From the IMG/VR virus record IMGVR_UViG_3300014204_000154, positions 19,666 through 83,665 of that record: a DNA stretch of 64,000 nucleotides, one strand, 5' to 3'. This DNA comes from a virus. Its lineage: Duplodnaviria > Caudoviricetes. The position numbers were made by a program, and so were the translations under genes. Under the pieces are notes generated by a model. That model saw only the letters and a list, made by a program, of their open reading frames with translations. It was not told the origin of the DNA and made no database searches. Shown here in pieces: positions 63,530 to 64,000 of the stretch (its first letter is position 1; the number at the start of each line of letters is the position of its first letter).

Positions 63530-64000
63530 TACACATCCTGTCCCGTTACAGCATTCCCTGTTCCACTATCGGCAATACTTGTCCCACAGTTATATGTGAT
63601 GTTATCTCCGCCCTGATTGTTATTGCTGCCAGAACTTAAACTAATTCCCTTGTCTTTTGCGTTGTTATTCACCATATCAATATTATTCCCTGCAATAACA
63701 TTCCTTGATGACTGAAAAAGGTTTATTCCATATCTACTAAATGTATTATCTAAATTTGATATTTTTATACTATTCCCTTTTATCGTCCCATCACTTCCAA
63801 CATACCAAAAAATACCATAAGCAGATAATGAAGTATTCACATTTAAGGTTATTTTATTACTAATGGCCTCGTTTCTGTCCGCTAGAGCATAAGATGATGT
63901 ATTTTGAATCCCGATAACAAATGCATCGGCTCTTGTTGGATTCATAACAATATCATTTTCTGATATAATGGATTCCCCTCCACTCAATAAAATGGCAGTA
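63529..64000 (-). CDS. C-terminal part of a right-handed beta-helix (tailspike/NosD-like) protein, truncated by window edge
   Basis: Repeating GI.L..S..N.I..N pattern; frame stays open to 64000, so the track start at 63987 is not the true start. Confidence 0.75.
   Translation of the reverse strand, partial: TAILLSGGESIISENDIVMNPTRADAFVIGIQNTSSYALADRNEAISNKITLNVNTSLSAYGIFWYVGSDGTIKGNSIKISNLDNTFSRYGINLFQSSRNVIAGNNIDMVNNNAKDKGISLSSGSNNNQGGDNITYNCGTSIADSGTGNAVTGQDV

Noticed and set aside
131-63616. Numerous plus-strand ORFs in the track (e.g. 18657-19418, 29691-30368, 30474-31052)
   Set aside because: All are antisense shadows of well-supported minus-strand genes, with no SD or recognisable motifs
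1-64000. CRISPR array, integrase/att sites, IS elements, reverse transcriptase/DGR, inteins or introns in dnaE, terL and helicases, stop-codon recoding
   Set aside because: No repeat-spacer periodicity or catalytic motifs seen; core genes are of expected length and continuous; TAA, TAG and TGA all end genes normally

Overview
A 64-kb segment of a large tailed dsDNA phage (standard genetic code), with essentially every real gene on the minus strand. No integrase, portal or capsid gene is visible, so lifestyle and host cannot be assigned. In transcription order (right to left) it holds: (1) tail/receptor-binding genes and a lysis cassette (58.2-64 kb); (2) a strong sigma70-like promoter, a ~345-nt non-coding leader and small early genes (52.5-58 kb); (3) a helicase/primase/initiator/DnaB block (44.8-51.7 kb); (4) a modification block with two paralogous radical SAM enzymes, a PLP enzyme, three DNA methyltransferases, a GNAT/DUF2156-like protein and a short Lys-rich peptide (36.3-44 kb); (5) a Pol III-type replisome plus recombination genes (21.8-36.4 kb); (6) terminase subunits (15.9-18.3 kb); (7) accessory genes, a dispersed WbpA/B/E/D-like nucleotide-sugar pathway with a glycosyltransferase, and tRNA-Pro. 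Features missing from the ORF track include a complete type II hammerhead ribozyme fold (55002-55060), a two-subunit overlapping-frame C5 methyltransferase frameshifted in a G7 tract, iteron-like repeats in the initiator gene, a pseudoknot/attenuator-like initiator leader, two ~345-nt candidate structured RNAs and several micro-ORFs. All family assignments come from motifs recognised by eye; no searches or folding programs were run.
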